Of a stretch of 64,000 bases of DNA, positions 31,268-40,873 are shown in pieces. Origin of the DNA: Alphaproteobacteria bacterium (GTDB taxonomy: Bacteria > Pseudomonadota > Alphaproteobacteria > JAUHZY01). A program made the position numbers and the translations under genes. Position 1 is the stretch's first letter, and each line of letters begins with the position of its first letter. Below the pieces are notes generated by a model. That model saw only the letters and a program-made list of their open reading frames with translations. It did no database searches and was not told the origin of the DNA. The stretch covers positions 1,542,834 to 1,606,833 of the forward strand of contig JAUHZY010000001.1 of NCBI GenBank assembly GCA_030425825.1, written 5' to 3'.

Positions 31268-31296
31268 AGTCTAATGAGCAGTGTATCCATTGTCAA
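31268..31296 (-). promoter_or_regulatory. Sigma70 promoter of leader-proC transcript
   Basis: TTGACA-N17-TAGACT on the minus strand. Confidence 0.7.
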
Positions 31297-31304
31297 TATT
31301 TTAT

Positions 31305-32669
31305 TTATCTGATTTTTCTTTTTGCTGCTTTAATACCGTCTTTTTCAGCTCTTTTTTTTGCTTTGATGTTTTTAGCTTTTCCTTCAAAAGTCTTTTGTTC
31401 AGCGCGCGCAACGACCATATCATCTTCTTCAACATTTTTTGTGATCACGCTGCCTGCACCAATAATGGCACCATCTTTGATATTAACAGGTGCAATAAGC
31501 GAGCTGTTGGATCCTACAAAAACGTCTTCACCAATTTTTGTTTGTGATTTAAGAAAACCATCATAATTACATGTGATTGTTCCTGCACCAATGTTGCTGC
31601 CTGTACCAATGAAGGCATCGCCTAGATAACTTAGATGCGACGCGCTAACATTTTCATCCAGTTTTGCATTTTTCAGTTCGACAAAGTTGCCTATCTTTGT
31701 GTTGTCCCCCAAGCTTGTCCCAGGTCGAATGCGTGCGTGTGGACCAATAACACAGTTTTTGCCAATTTTAGCGCCACGTAGATTACTGAAAGAACGAATA
31801 TGTGAGGTGTCGCCGATTTCTACTTTTGGGCCAAAAACAACGAAAGGATCAATGATGACATCACGTCCAAACTTTGTATCCTTGCACAAGTAAACAGTGT
31901 CTGGATCTGTCATTGTAACGCCTTTGACCAAAGCAGCTTCGCGAAGATTGTTTTGCATAATTTTTTCAGCACGTGCTAATTCAAGGCGATCATTCACACC
32001 AAGAAGTTCTTGCTCGTCTGCATCACTGTAATGACAGGGAAGGCTTTGTTTGTTAAAGACTTCAACCAAGTCCGTTAGGTAGTATTCACCTGCTGCATTA
32101 TTAGTTTTTAGTTTTTTCAGGCCTTCTTTTAGTGCCACGGTTTCCATCAACATAACACCCGAGTTACAAAGTGATATTTTTTTCTCAGCAGGCGTTGCGT
32201 CTTTGAATTCTGTGATTTTTCTTAGGACATTTTTTTCCTCTGTAATCAGTCTTCCGTATTGCTTAGGGTCAAAAGCATCAAACCCCAAGACGGAGAGAGA
32301 AGACTTATTTTCGAGGTGATTCTTTATAAGCTTCTTCAGTGTTTTTGAAGAGATAAAAGGTGTATCCCCATAAAGAACAAGTACATTTTTGCCAACACCC
32401 TTAATACCTTCAAGGCCTGATTTTACAGCATGCCCTGTGCCAAGGGCTTTATCCTGAACGACACACTTATATGGCCTTACTTCCTTATCAAATGCCTCAG
32501 CATGTGGTGAACGAACAATAAAAATATTTTTTGGCTTCAGGCTTTCGGCTGTATCAATCACATGGCGAATCATTGACTGACCTGCAATCTTATGAAGTGG
32601 TTTAGGTATATCAGACTTCATTCGTGATGAGTTGCCTGCTGCTAAAATCAAAACGGTAAGTGAAGACAT
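31305..32669 (-). CDS. glmU: Bifunctional GlmU
   Basis: ILAAGNSSRMKS, LGTGHAV, EYYLTD, hexapeptide repeats with HLSYLGDA and TITCNYDG. Confidence 0.97.
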   Translation of the reverse strand: MSSLTVLILAAGNSSRMKSDIPKPLHKIAGQSMIRHVIDTAESLKPKNIFIVRSPHAEAFDKEVRPYKCVVQDKALGTGHAVKSGLEGIKGVGKNVLVLYGDTPFISSKTLKKLIKNHLENKSSLSVLGFDAFDPKQYGRLITEEKNVLRKITEFKDATPAEKKISLCNSGVMLMETVALKEGLKKLKTNNAAGEYYLTDLVEVFNKQSLPCHYSDADEQELLGVNDRLELARAEKIMQNNLREAALVKGVTMTDPDTVYLCKDTKFGRDVIIDPFVVFGPKVEIGDTSHIRSFSNLRGAKIGKNCVIGPHARIRPGTSLGDNTKIGNFVELKNAKLDENVSASHLSYLGDAFIGTGSNIGAGTITCNYDGFLKSQTKIGEDVFVGSNSSLIAPVNIKDGAIIGAGSVITKNVEEDDMVVARAEQKTFEGKAKNIKAKKRAEKDGIKAAKRKIR

Positions 32670-32673
32670 AAAA

Positions 32674-33498
32674 TTAACCTTCTCGGTATTTGTTTTTAGG
32701 ATAACACCCAAGGATCTTAACATTGTTCACAAAAAAACCAAGTTCTTCTAATGCCAGTTTCATGGCGGGCGCATCCTTGTGCATTTCTGCTTCAATGTAG
32801 AATTTAGCGCTTGAGAAGCGATCATCTGCACCGAGGTAACTTTCAATTTTTGTTAGGTTAATACCATTTGTCGCAAATCCACCCAAGGCTTTGTACAAAG
32901 CAGCAGGAACAGAGCGTAGTTCGAAAAAAAGTGTTGTGACTGCCTCGGTTTCCAGTGGTATATCCTGGTCTTTGCCTGATAATACAATAAAGCGTGTTAC
33001 GTTATTTGACTTGTCTTCAAAGTGATCTTCCAACACTTGTAAGTCATAAAGGTCAGCACATAATGACGACGCAATAGCGCCACGTGTTAGGTCATTTTTT
33101 ACAGACTCTGCCGCGCTTGAAGTGCTGGTCGTTGCAATAGGCGTCATTTTTGCATTTTTTATATTATTGCGGCACTGTGCCAGAGCTTGTGGATGCGACA
33201 ATACCTCTTTAAGATTCTTCTTTTCAGTAGCTTTTGATCCCAGTAAGCAATGATGAATAGGTTGAAAGTGTTCATCAATAATAAATAAGTCTGATGTTGG
33301 CAGCAGCTCATGCACATCTGCAACGCGTCCTGCTGATGAATTTTCGATAGGGATCATGGCAAGATCTGTTATACCTGATTTTACAGCATCAAATGCATCA
33401 GCAAAAGACCCACAAGGAACAGCCTCACTGTCAGGGTATTTTGCAAGGATTGCAAGTTCAGCATACGCGCCCTTATGTCCATTAAATGCGATTTTCAT
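32674..33498 (-). CDS. pheA: Prephenate dehydratase (PDT plus ACT)
   Basis: IPIENSSAGRVAD, SHPQALAQC, NVTRF, NLTKIESY. Confidence 0.94.
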   Translation of the reverse strand: MKIAFNGHKGAYAELAILAKYPDSEAVPCGSFADAFDAVKSGITDLAMIPIENSSAGRVADVHELLPTSDLFIIDEHFQPIHHCLLGSKATEKKNLKEVLSHPQALAQCRNNIKNAKMTPIATTSTSSAAESVKNDLTRGAIASSLCADLYDLQVLEDHFEDKSNNVTRFIVLSGKDQDIPLETEAVTTLFFELRSVPAALYKALGGFATNGINLTKIESYLGADDRFSSAKFYIEAEMHKDAPAMKLALEELGFFVNNVKILGCYPKNKYREG

Positions 33499-33500
33499 GA

Positions 33501-35825
33501 TTACTCCGGCAGTAAGATGTCACGTTTTCCTGCATGGTTTGCAGGGCCAATGACACCATTTTCTTCTAATTGTTCAACAAGTGTCGCAGCACGGTTGTAC
33601 CCAATACGCAACTGGCGCTGGATAAAGCTGGTCGATGCTTTGCGATGTGTGCGAATAATGTCAACAGCCTGGCCGTAAAGCTCATCTTCTTGTCCTGTTC
33701 CTGCCTCACCAAATTCGCCGCCTTCTTCTTCGTCCTTTGTCACATCTTCAATGAAAACAGGCTTTCCTTGTGCTTTGAGGAAGTTGACAATGTCTTCAAC
33801 TTCTTCATCACCAACGAATGGGCCATGCACACGTGTGATGCGTCCGCCACCTGCCATGTAAAGCATGTCACCTTTTCCAAGGAGTTGCTCTGCGCCTTGT
33901 TCACCAAGAATAGTACGACTGTCAATTTTAGAAGTAACTTGGAAGCTGATACGTGTTGGGAAGTTTGCTTTAATTGTCCCTGTAATCACATCAACAGAAG
34001 GTCTCTGTGTTGCCAGGACAACATGGATGCCGGCGGCACGTGCCATTTGTGCCAAGCGCTGAATGGCACCTTCAATATCTTTTCCTGCAACCATCATTAG
34101 GTCGGCCATTTCATCAACAATAATGACAATATAGGGCGCTTTTTTTAGCTCCATGACAACTTCTTCGTATATCGGGCCGCCAGCTCCAGGGTCGTACCCT
34201 GTCTGGACTTGCCGTGTGACGGTTTCGCCTTTTTTAATTAGGTCTTCTATTTTTTGGTTAAAACCCTCAATATTTCTGACGCCTAGCTCTGACATTAATT
34301 TATAACGATCTTCCATTTCGCGGACGGCCCATTTCAAAGCAACGACAGCCTTTTTAGGATCAGTTACAACAGGCGTCAAAAGATGTGGGATGTCTTGGTA
34401 AACTGATAACTCTAACATCTTTGGGTCAATCATAATCAAGCGGCATTCTTCAGGTGTAAGCTTGTATAACAATGACAAAATCATTGTGTTGACGGCGACA
34501 GACTTACCCGATCCCGTTGTTCCTGCAATTAATAAATGCGGCATCTTTGCTAAGTCAACAACCATAGACGAACCGCCAATGTCTTTTCCAAGGATTAAGG
34601 GAAGTTTATCATCTGAATTGTTATATGCTTTGCCTTCCACGACTTCACGTAAGTAAACCATTTCACGCTTTTCATTCGGAATCTCAATGCCCAGCGCGCT
34701 GTGTCCAGGAATAACAGCAACACGAACTGATAATGCACTCATAGAGCGTGCGATGTCCTCAGCAAGTGATATGACCTTAGCAGATTTTGTTCCAGGCGCA
34801 GGATCAAACTCATAGAGTGTTACAACAGGTCCAGGACGAATTGATTTAACTTCTCCCTCAACACCAAAGTTCTGGAGAACTTCTTTTAGTTGTGCTGCCA
34901 TGCGTTGCTTTTCAGACTCGCTGATTTGGTTTTTCTGTGTCATATCCGCAGGCGTTAGAAGATCAGAGCTAGGAAATTGATAATCGCCAGACGATTTTGG
35001 TGTTGGTGCTACTTTCTTGTTAGGCATTTTTTTTGTAACCGGTTTTGGTTGTTCAAAAACAGGTGTACGTGTTGCAGCAGGAGGCGGTGTATATTTTTCT
35101 TCCTCAACCACATCAGAGGAAGGTTTGAAAATATTTATGGTTTCCATATCAATGCGTGGTTTTTTCAAGTTAATGGAGGAGAGGGATCGACCCGTATACC
35201 TTAAAGACCAGCGCGCAAAACCTTTCAAAATGTTCCTGACAATTTTCAAGAATCGGTATACATGCAATGTCAATTTTAACCAATCTTCTCGTGAAAGGCT
35301 TGAACAATAAATAAAAACAAGACCTGCTATGATGGTCAAAGCAATGGCAAAACCAGTCAAGACCTTTCCAGATACATAGGGTGTTGCTAGTCGGAAAGTG
35401 ACCTCGGCAAGGGCGCCTGTTTGGGCAAGATGTCCTATTTGAGGTTGAAGAGCAAAGTTTTGTGCAAGAGAAAAAAGAAAAATAACAAGAACAGATAGGG
35501 CACATTTTAAGATAAAGCGTGGCAAGTGATGGTATTTATAAACGCGGTACCCCCAAAGCAGAATTGTCACCCCCAGAAACAAAGAAGAGTATCCGAAGTT
35601 TTGAACCAATAAATCAGAAATATATGCGCCGCCACTGCCAAAAATATTCGCTGTTTCAGTATTCCCCACGGCGTTCGCTGAGGGGTCAAGGGGGCTATAA
35701 CTAAGAATGCTAAGGGAAATAAATGCACCAATCCCTAAAAGAATAAATGATACAATTTGATAAAACTGTTTACGTATAAAAACCTTAATTGAGTCAGGTA
35801 AGAGTTTCTGCGATTTTTTGGCCAA
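33501..35825 (-). CDS. ftsK: DNA translocase FtsK
   Basis: N-terminal TM domain, AGTTGSGKS, ATQRPSVDV, gamma domain IQRQLRIGYNRAA. Start probably TTG 35825 (SD AAGGTG) or ATG 35870. Confidence 0.96.
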   Translation of the reverse strand: MAKKSQKLLPDSIKVFIRKQFYQIVSFILLGIGAFISLSILSYSPLDPSANAVGNTETANIFGSGGAYISDLLVQNFGYSSLFLGVTILLWGYRVYKYHHLPRFILKCALSVLVIFLFSLAQNFALQPQIGHLAQTGALAEVTFRLATPYVSGKVLTGFAIALTIIAGLVFIYCSSLSREDWLKLTLHVYRFLKIVRNILKGFARWSLRYTGRSLSSINLKKPRIDMETINIFKPSSDVVEEEKYTPPPAATRTPVFEQPKPVTKKMPNKKVAPTPKSSGDYQFPSSDLLTPADMTQKNQISESEKQRMAAQLKEVLQNFGVEGEVKSIRPGPVVTLYEFDPAPGTKSAKVISLAEDIARSMSALSVRVAVIPGHSALGIEIPNEKREMVYLREVVEGKAYNNSDDKLPLILGKDIGGSSMVVDLAKMPHLLIAGTTGSGKSVAVNTMILSLLYKLTPEECRLIMIDPKMLELSVYQDIPHLLTPVVTDPKKAVVALKWAVREMEDRYKLMSELGVRNIEGFNQKIEDLIKKGETVTRQVQTGYDPGAGGPIYEEVVMELKKAPYIVIIVDEMADLMMVAGKDIEGAIQRLAQMARAAGIHVVLATQRPSVDVITGTIKANFPTRISFQVTSKIDSRTILGEQGAEQLLGKGDMLYMAGGGRITRVHGPFVGDEEVEDIVNFLKAQGKPVFIEDVTKDEEEGGEFGEAGTGQEDELYGQAVDIIRTHRKASTSFIQRQLRIGYNRAATLVEQLEENGVIGPANHAGKRDILLPE

Positions 35826-35913
35826 AATAAAGCACCTTATTTCATTGATTTTCTTTATCGTAAAGCTCATGTTATACCTTATCAAGACTTGAGACAAAGA
35901 TTTTGGACGCAAA

Positions 35914-37125
35914 ATGAAAACATTTGACATCACAGTCATAGGAGCAGGACCAATTGGTTCACTTTGTGCAATTTTATTGGCGCAGTTGGGGCTGAAAGTT
36001 GCCATCATTGATCGCGCGCCAAAGAAAGTGCTTGAAAATCCAACACGCGATGGGCGTGGTATTGCCCTTACTTATGGATCTAAGACGGTTTTGGAAAAGC
36101 TTAATATTTGGCAGAAAATCCCAATTTCTGAAGCTGAAGACATCAAAGAAATTCGCGTATCAGATGGGGACTCTCCCTTGTTTTTGCATTTTGATGGCGC
36201 CGAGGCCGGGGACCACCCTCTTGGTTTTATTGTTGAGTCGCATTTGGTGCGTAAGTTTATTTTTAAACACCTTGTAAAACAAAAAAATATCACAGTTTTT
36301 GATAATACAACAATTGCCAACTTTGATGTTTTGCCCGCGCACGTTGAAATTGATTTAGGTCAAGAAAAACTTAAGTCAGCACTGCTGGTTGCTGCAGATG
36401 GCAGATATTCATTTGCGCGTGAGAAAATGGGTATTGAGTATATTGATCATGACTATAAACAAATGGCGATGGTGTGTAGTGTCACGCACGACAAACCACA
36501 TTTTGGTGTCGCGCATGAACGGTTCCTAACGCCAGGCCCTTTGGCCTTTTTGCCAATGACAGGTAACAAGTCATCCATTGTATGGACAGAGTCCCCGGCA
36601 AATGCTGCTGATATTATGCAGCTTTCTAATGAAAGCTTTTCAGCTTTGATGCAGAAACGCTTTGGATCACATTTAGGAAGTATTACGTTAGATGGTGGTC
36701 GATGGTCTTATCCTTTAAAAATGGTTCATGCCCGGACTTATACCAAGCAACGCTTTGCCCTTGTCGGAGACAGCGCTCATGCTGTACATCCAATTGCAGG
36801 GCAAGGGCTGAACTTGGGTTTGCGTGGTGTTTGCACGCTGGTAGAAGAGATTGAAAAGGCGCAAAAAATAGGCCTTGATATAGGGTCTTTGACACCTCTG
36901 GAGGCGTATGAGAGCCGACAAAAAACCGCTGCGATCTCAATGATTGTTGCAACGCATGGGCTGAACGCATTATTTGCAAACGACACCTTGCCTGTTAAAG
37001 TTGTGCGTGACCTTGGCCTTGCGGCGGTGAACGAAATGCCAGGCTTAAAAAATTGGTTTATGAAGCAAGCTATGGGTATTTCAACAAAGTTTTCTGGCAC
37101 GCTTCCTAAAATGATGACAAAGTAG
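35914..37125 (+). CDS. UbiH/UbiL-family FAD-dependent hydroxylase
   Basis: GAGPIG, AADGRYS, GDSAHAVHPIAGQGLNLG. Confidence 0.93.
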   Translation: MKTFDITVIGAGPIGSLCAILLAQLGLKVAIIDRAPKKVLENPTRDGRGIALTYGSKTVLEKLNIWQKIPISEAEDIKEIRVSDGDSPLFLHFDGAEAGDHPLGFIVESHLVRKFIFKHLVKQKNITVFDNTTIANFDVLPAHVEIDLGQEKLKSALLVAADGRYSFAREKMGIEYIDHDYKQMAMVCSVTHDKPHFGVAHERFLTPGPLAFLPMTGNKSSIVWTESPANAADIMQLSNESFSALMQKRFGSHLGSITLDGGRWSYPLKMVHARTYTKQRFALVGDSAHAVHPIAGQGLNLGLRGVCTLVEEIEKAQKIGLDIGSLTPLEAYESRQKTAAISMIVATHGLNALFANDTLPVKVVRDLGLAAVNEMPGLKNWFMKQAMGISTKFSGTLPKMMTK

Positions 37126-37159
37126 TTTCCTAAGAAACTTTTAGCTGACATGTTGTGCC

Positions 37160-38317
37160 TTAGAGAGCCTTAAAGCCTTTTTCTAGGTCCTGGATTAAGT
37201 CTTGCGGATCTTCTAGACCAATGCTGAGGCGTATAACAATACGGTCTTTGGACCAACAATCAAAGGCACGCTTAGGACGATCTGGGTAAATGAGACTTTC
37301 GTAAGCTCCCCAACAATGGCCCAAGTGGAAAATGTCGAGTGTATCGACAAACTTCGCGATTTTTTCTTCTGTATAATCTTTTTTCAGGACAAAACTGAAT
37401 AGCGCGCTGCATCCATTGAAGTCACGCTGCCACAGGGTGTGTTGCGGATGGTCTGGGTCCATCGGGCAAGAAATGTAATCTACGGCATCTTGTGTTTTTA
37501 AGTAATTAACCACCTGTAAGGCATTTTCTTGTTGTTGTTTGAGGCGTAGTTCCACCGTCCGAAGACCGCGTAGCACAAGGTAAGCATCATCTGGTGATGT
37601 ACACATGCCCATATGTGTATACATTTGATGGATTTTATCACGTACCTCTTCATTGCCTGCAGTAATCGCACCGTACATAACATCAGAGTGCCCTGACATA
37701 TATTTGGTGAGAGACTGAACGGCCACATCTGCGCCTAATTTTAAAGTCTGCATCAATATAGGGCTTGCCCAACTGCCATCTGCTAAAACCAGAACGTTGT
37801 TTGCATGTGCTGCTTTTGCAATGGCAGGAATATCTTGTAGATCAAACGTGAAAGAGCCAGGAGACTCAACATGAACAAAGCGCGTATTTTCTTTAAAGTA
37901 ACGAGATATTTCTCCACCAATTGTGGGTGGATAAAAATCAACCTCTATACCAAATTGAGGTAAGGTATTTTCGTAAAAATCACGTGCTGGACCATAAGCG
38001 TGATCTGTGACAAGGATGTGGTCACCCGCTGCGCAAAGAGCAAGAGAAGCGGTTGATATGGCACTCATGCCTGAAGGGGTAACGCGTGTATAGATCCCTT
38101 CTTCTAATTGACAAATAACATCTTCAACTTCACGAATAATTGATGTGCCACGCCTTGCGTAATCCAATGAAGGATAGGGGTTATGGTGTGACTGCTTGAA
38201 ATCTTCATAGTTATCAAAAAGGATTGTTGATCCGCGTGTGATAGGTGGATTGACTAGGTGCACCTTTGCTGCAGATGTACGTCCCAGTGTGGCAAGTTTT
38301 GTTGAGAGTTTAGTCAT
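37160..38317 (-). CDS. metC: Cystathionine beta-lyase
   Basis: VNPPITRGST, ESPGS, PLP-lysine motif SLTKYMSGHSD, RLSIGLED. Confidence 0.88.
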   Translation of the reverse strand: MTKLSTKLATLGRTSAAKVHLVNPPITRGSTILFDNYEDFKQSHHNPYPSLDYARRGTSIIREVEDVICQLEEGIYTRVTPSGMSAISTASLALCAAGDHILVTDHAYGPARDFYENTLPQFGIEVDFYPPTIGGEISRYFKENTRFVHVESPGSFTFDLQDIPAIAKAAHANNVLVLADGSWASPILMQTLKLGADVAVQSLTKYMSGHSDVMYGAITAGNEEVRDKIHQMYTHMGMCTSPDDAYLVLRGLRTVELRLKQQQENALQVVNYLKTQDAVDYISCPMDPDHPQHTLWQRDFNGCSALFSFVLKKDYTEEKIAKFVDTLDIFHLGHCWGAYESLIYPDRPKRAFDCWSKDRIVIRLSIGLEDPQDLIQDLEKGFKAL

Positions 38318-38341
38318 TTGCTGGTCCTCTCAAAGTTTTCT

Positions 38342-39106
38342 TTAAGAAAGGGTGCAAATAACGGGTGTGTGATCAGAAGGTTTTTCCCAAGAGCGTGGTT
38401 CTTTATCAATGGATGCTCCTTCTAATCTATCAGATAATTTCGGAGAAAGCAGGATATAGTCGATCCGTGCGCCTTCACCTCTTGCAAACTTTCCACCTCG
38501 ATAGTCCCACCAACTGTATACAGAATCAAGAGGATGTAGGATGCGATAGCTATCGACAAACCCTGTGTTAAGGATTTCGCGCAACACAAAGCGAACATCT
38601 TTGTGGTAAAGTGTGTTGTTTTGGTTTTCTTCACCGCCATAAATATCCAGTGCATAAGGCGCGATATTATAATCCCCTCCGATCGCGTATGGAATTTCAC
38701 GCTTCTTAATTTCTTCCAAATATATTTTTAGCGCTGCTAAGAAACTTTTTTTATAAACATATTTTTCGTCTTCTGGATCTGATCCGTTGGGAACGTAAAT
38801 AGAAGCAACTTGAATGCCATCAATTGTGGCTTCGATATAACGTGCTTGTTCATCCTCAAACCCTGGAAGTCCTTTGATAATGTTGGAAGGTTCTTTCTTG
38901 CTTAGGATTGCTACGCCATTATATGTTTTTTGACCATAAACGCTGCAATGATAACCAAGTGCCTCTAGTTCTAAAAATGGAAAGTTTTCTTCTGTGCCTT
39001 TCAGTTCTTGGAAAAGCATGACATCTGGGTCATTTTTTTTAAGATAAGCGATGACGTGATCAAGGCGCGACTTAATTGAGTTTAAATTCCAGGTAACAAT
39101 TCTCAT
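38342..39106 (-). CDS. xth: Exodeoxyribonuclease III
   Basis: MRIVTWN, GQKTYNGVA, GDYN, SDHTP. Confidence 0.96.
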   Translation of the reverse strand: MRIVTWNLNSIKSRLDHVIAYLKKNDPDVMLFQELKGTEENFPFLELEALGYHCSVYGQKTYNGVAILSKKEPSNIIKGLPGFEDEQARYIEATIDGIQVASIYVPNGSDPEDEKYVYKKSFLAALKIYLEEIKKREIPYAIGGDYNIAPYALDIYGGEENQNNTLYHKDVRFVLREILNTGFVDSYRILHPLDSVYSWWDYRGGKFARGEGARIDYILLSPKLSDRLEGASIDKEPRSWEKPSDHTPVICTLS

Positions 39107-39438
39107 ACTGCAAAAGAACTCCCGCAGCCGCATGAAGATGAGGCGTTAGGGTTTTCAACAATAAACTGTTTTGTCGTTAGGTTTTCAATAAAGTTGAGTT
39201 GCGACCCTCCGAGAAGATCAAGGGATGTTTCATCAATCACAACAACGGCACCATCTTTTTCAAAAACATGATCATCACTGTTTTTTGTTGTGTCAAAATC
39301 CATATTATATTGAAACCCAGAGCAACCACCACCAAGGATAGAAAGGCGTAGCATAGAAGTTGGATCAAGCTTATCTATTTCAATAATTTCTTTGAGGCGT
39401 TTTGATGCTGCCTCGGTAATGTCAAAATTTTGTGTCAT
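39103..39438 (-). CDS. erpA: A-type Fe-S carrier (ErpA/IscA family)
   Basis: GGGCSGFQY and NPNASSSCGCGSSF. Confidence 0.9.
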   Translation of the reverse strand: MTQNFDITEAASKRLKEIIEIDKLDPTSMLRLSILGGGCSGFQYNMDFDTTKNSDDHVFEKDGAVVVIDETSLDLLGGSQLNFIENLTTKQFIVENPNASSSCGCGSSFAV

Positions 39439-39447
39439 TTTTAGGCC

Positions 39448-40431
39448 TTAAAACTCTTCTTTAAAAGGGCGCGCAAGCAATGCAGACATCGCCTCTTTGA
39501 TAGATACATTATTATATAATACATTATAAACAGATTCACAGATAGGTACGCTAATATTTTTCTCTTTTGCGATTTCGATCACAGCTTTTGTTGTTGGAAC
39601 GCCTTCCGCAACCGACTTTTGATTAAGCAGTTCTTCTCTTTTCTCGCCTTTTGCTAGGCGAATACCAAATGATGTATTGCGTGATTTCTCACTTTGACAT
39701 GTTAGCGTTAAGTCTCCTACACCTGCAAGTCCCATAAAGGTTTCAGGTTGCGCGCCAAGCGCTTCACCAAAACGTTTTATTTCTATAAGGCCTCGGCTTA
39801 AAAGCGCTGCGCGTGCGTTTTGTCCCAGTTCCAGGCCTGTTACAATTCCCGAGGCGATTGCCATAATGTTTTTAAGGGCGCCACAAACTTCTACGCCAAT
39901 AATATCGTTAGAAAGGTATGGTCGCAAAGACTGATGCCCAATCATTTGAGTGATTTCGCTGCCCAGTTGGTCATTCTCACAAGCAAGTGCTGTGGCTGTC
40001 GGTAGTCCTGCCGCAATTTCATGTGCAAAATTAGGGCCGGAAAGAATAGCTATTTTCTCAAAGTCATATTCATGTTTGAAAATATTACACAAAAAGTCTT
40101 TTTTGTTTTTCTCGATTCCTTTTGAACAGATCACAATAGGAACATTACGTGGAAGGTCTTTTAACTTATCTTTGAGCGCTGTAAGCGAATGTTGAACAGG
40201 AATAACCCAGAAAAAACAGTCAATATTTTCTGGTATACTTGTAGAAATGTTTAAAGTGTTTGGCAGTAAGGTGCCTGGAAGATAGGTGGTGTTCTCTCTA
40301 GATGATCTCAATGTTTCAGCGACATTTTTGTCGCGACACCAAAGTGTTACATCTGTTTTATCTAAACGACAAAAAGAGACAGCTAAAGCTGTCCCAAAGC
40401 TACCAGATCCTAGAACACAAAGATGTTTCAT
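39448..40431 (-). CDS. gpsA: NAD(P)H-dependent glycerol-3-phosphate dehydrogenase
   Basis: GSGSFGTA, SGPNFA, GALKNI, GDLTLTC, SRN. Confidence 0.96.
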   Translation of the reverse strand: MKHLCVLGSGSFGTALAVSFCRLDKTDVTLWCRDKNVAETLRSSRENTTYLPGTLLPNTLNISTSIPENIDCFFWVIPVQHSLTALKDKLKDLPRNVPIVICSKGIEKNKKDFLCNIFKHEYDFEKIAILSGPNFAHEIAAGLPTATALACENDQLGSEITQMIGHQSLRPYLSNDIIGVEVCGALKNIMAIASGIVTGLELGQNARAALLSRGLIEIKRFGEALGAQPETFMGLAGVGDLTLTCQSEKSRNTSFGIRLAKGEKREELLNQKSVAEGVPTTKAVIEIAKEKNISVPICESVYNVLYNNVSIKEAMSALLARPFKEEF

Positions 40432-40437
40432 GAAACA

Positions 40438-40728
40438 TTAAGCAGATGTCGATAATTCAACAGTTTTTGGCTTGAATGTTAGGATCGTGCCACTGTTGTT
40501 TTTCATTTCTTCCGATGCGTTAGAATTTGCAGGACGCAAAACAGAAGGAGAAATCTTTGACATATATTTTGTTTCGTCAGAAAGTGGTGTAATTTCTTTT
40601 GGCAAAGAGTGACGGATAACACCATCATCTGTGCTTTCTGGAATTTGGCTGACAAGTTGATCAACGATATCCTTCATATTAACAATAGACGAAAGAAATC
40701 CTTTAAAGTCAGGTGTTTTTTTATCCAT
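40438..40728 (-). CDS. Small hypothetical protein (96 aa)
   Basis: AGAGGT SD before ATG 40728. Co-oriented with gpsA. No family recognised. Confidence 0.6.
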   Translation of the reverse strand: MDKKTPDFKGFLSSIVNMKDIVDQLVSQIPESTDDGVIRHSLPKEITPLSDETKYMSKISPSVLRPANSNASEEMKNNSGTILTFKPKTVELSTSA

Positions 40729-40873
40729 TTTTTTACCTCTCAAGTTTATTAGGGCACCAGTTTTATTTGTTTTCATTCTGGTGGAAAAACCTTATTTTGC
40801 AAGGTTTTCAGGCCCAACCATGGCGGTATTGTATCACAAAATGAAGGATCCCACAATGGGGAATAAAAAAACA

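Noticed and set aside
35826-36008. Track's extended ftsK start (likewise extended starts for lysS, ccmC, glmU, proC, xth, sodB, cobT)
   Set aside because: The extensions overlap neighbouring genes or leaders. Downstream starts fit SD position and family N-termini.
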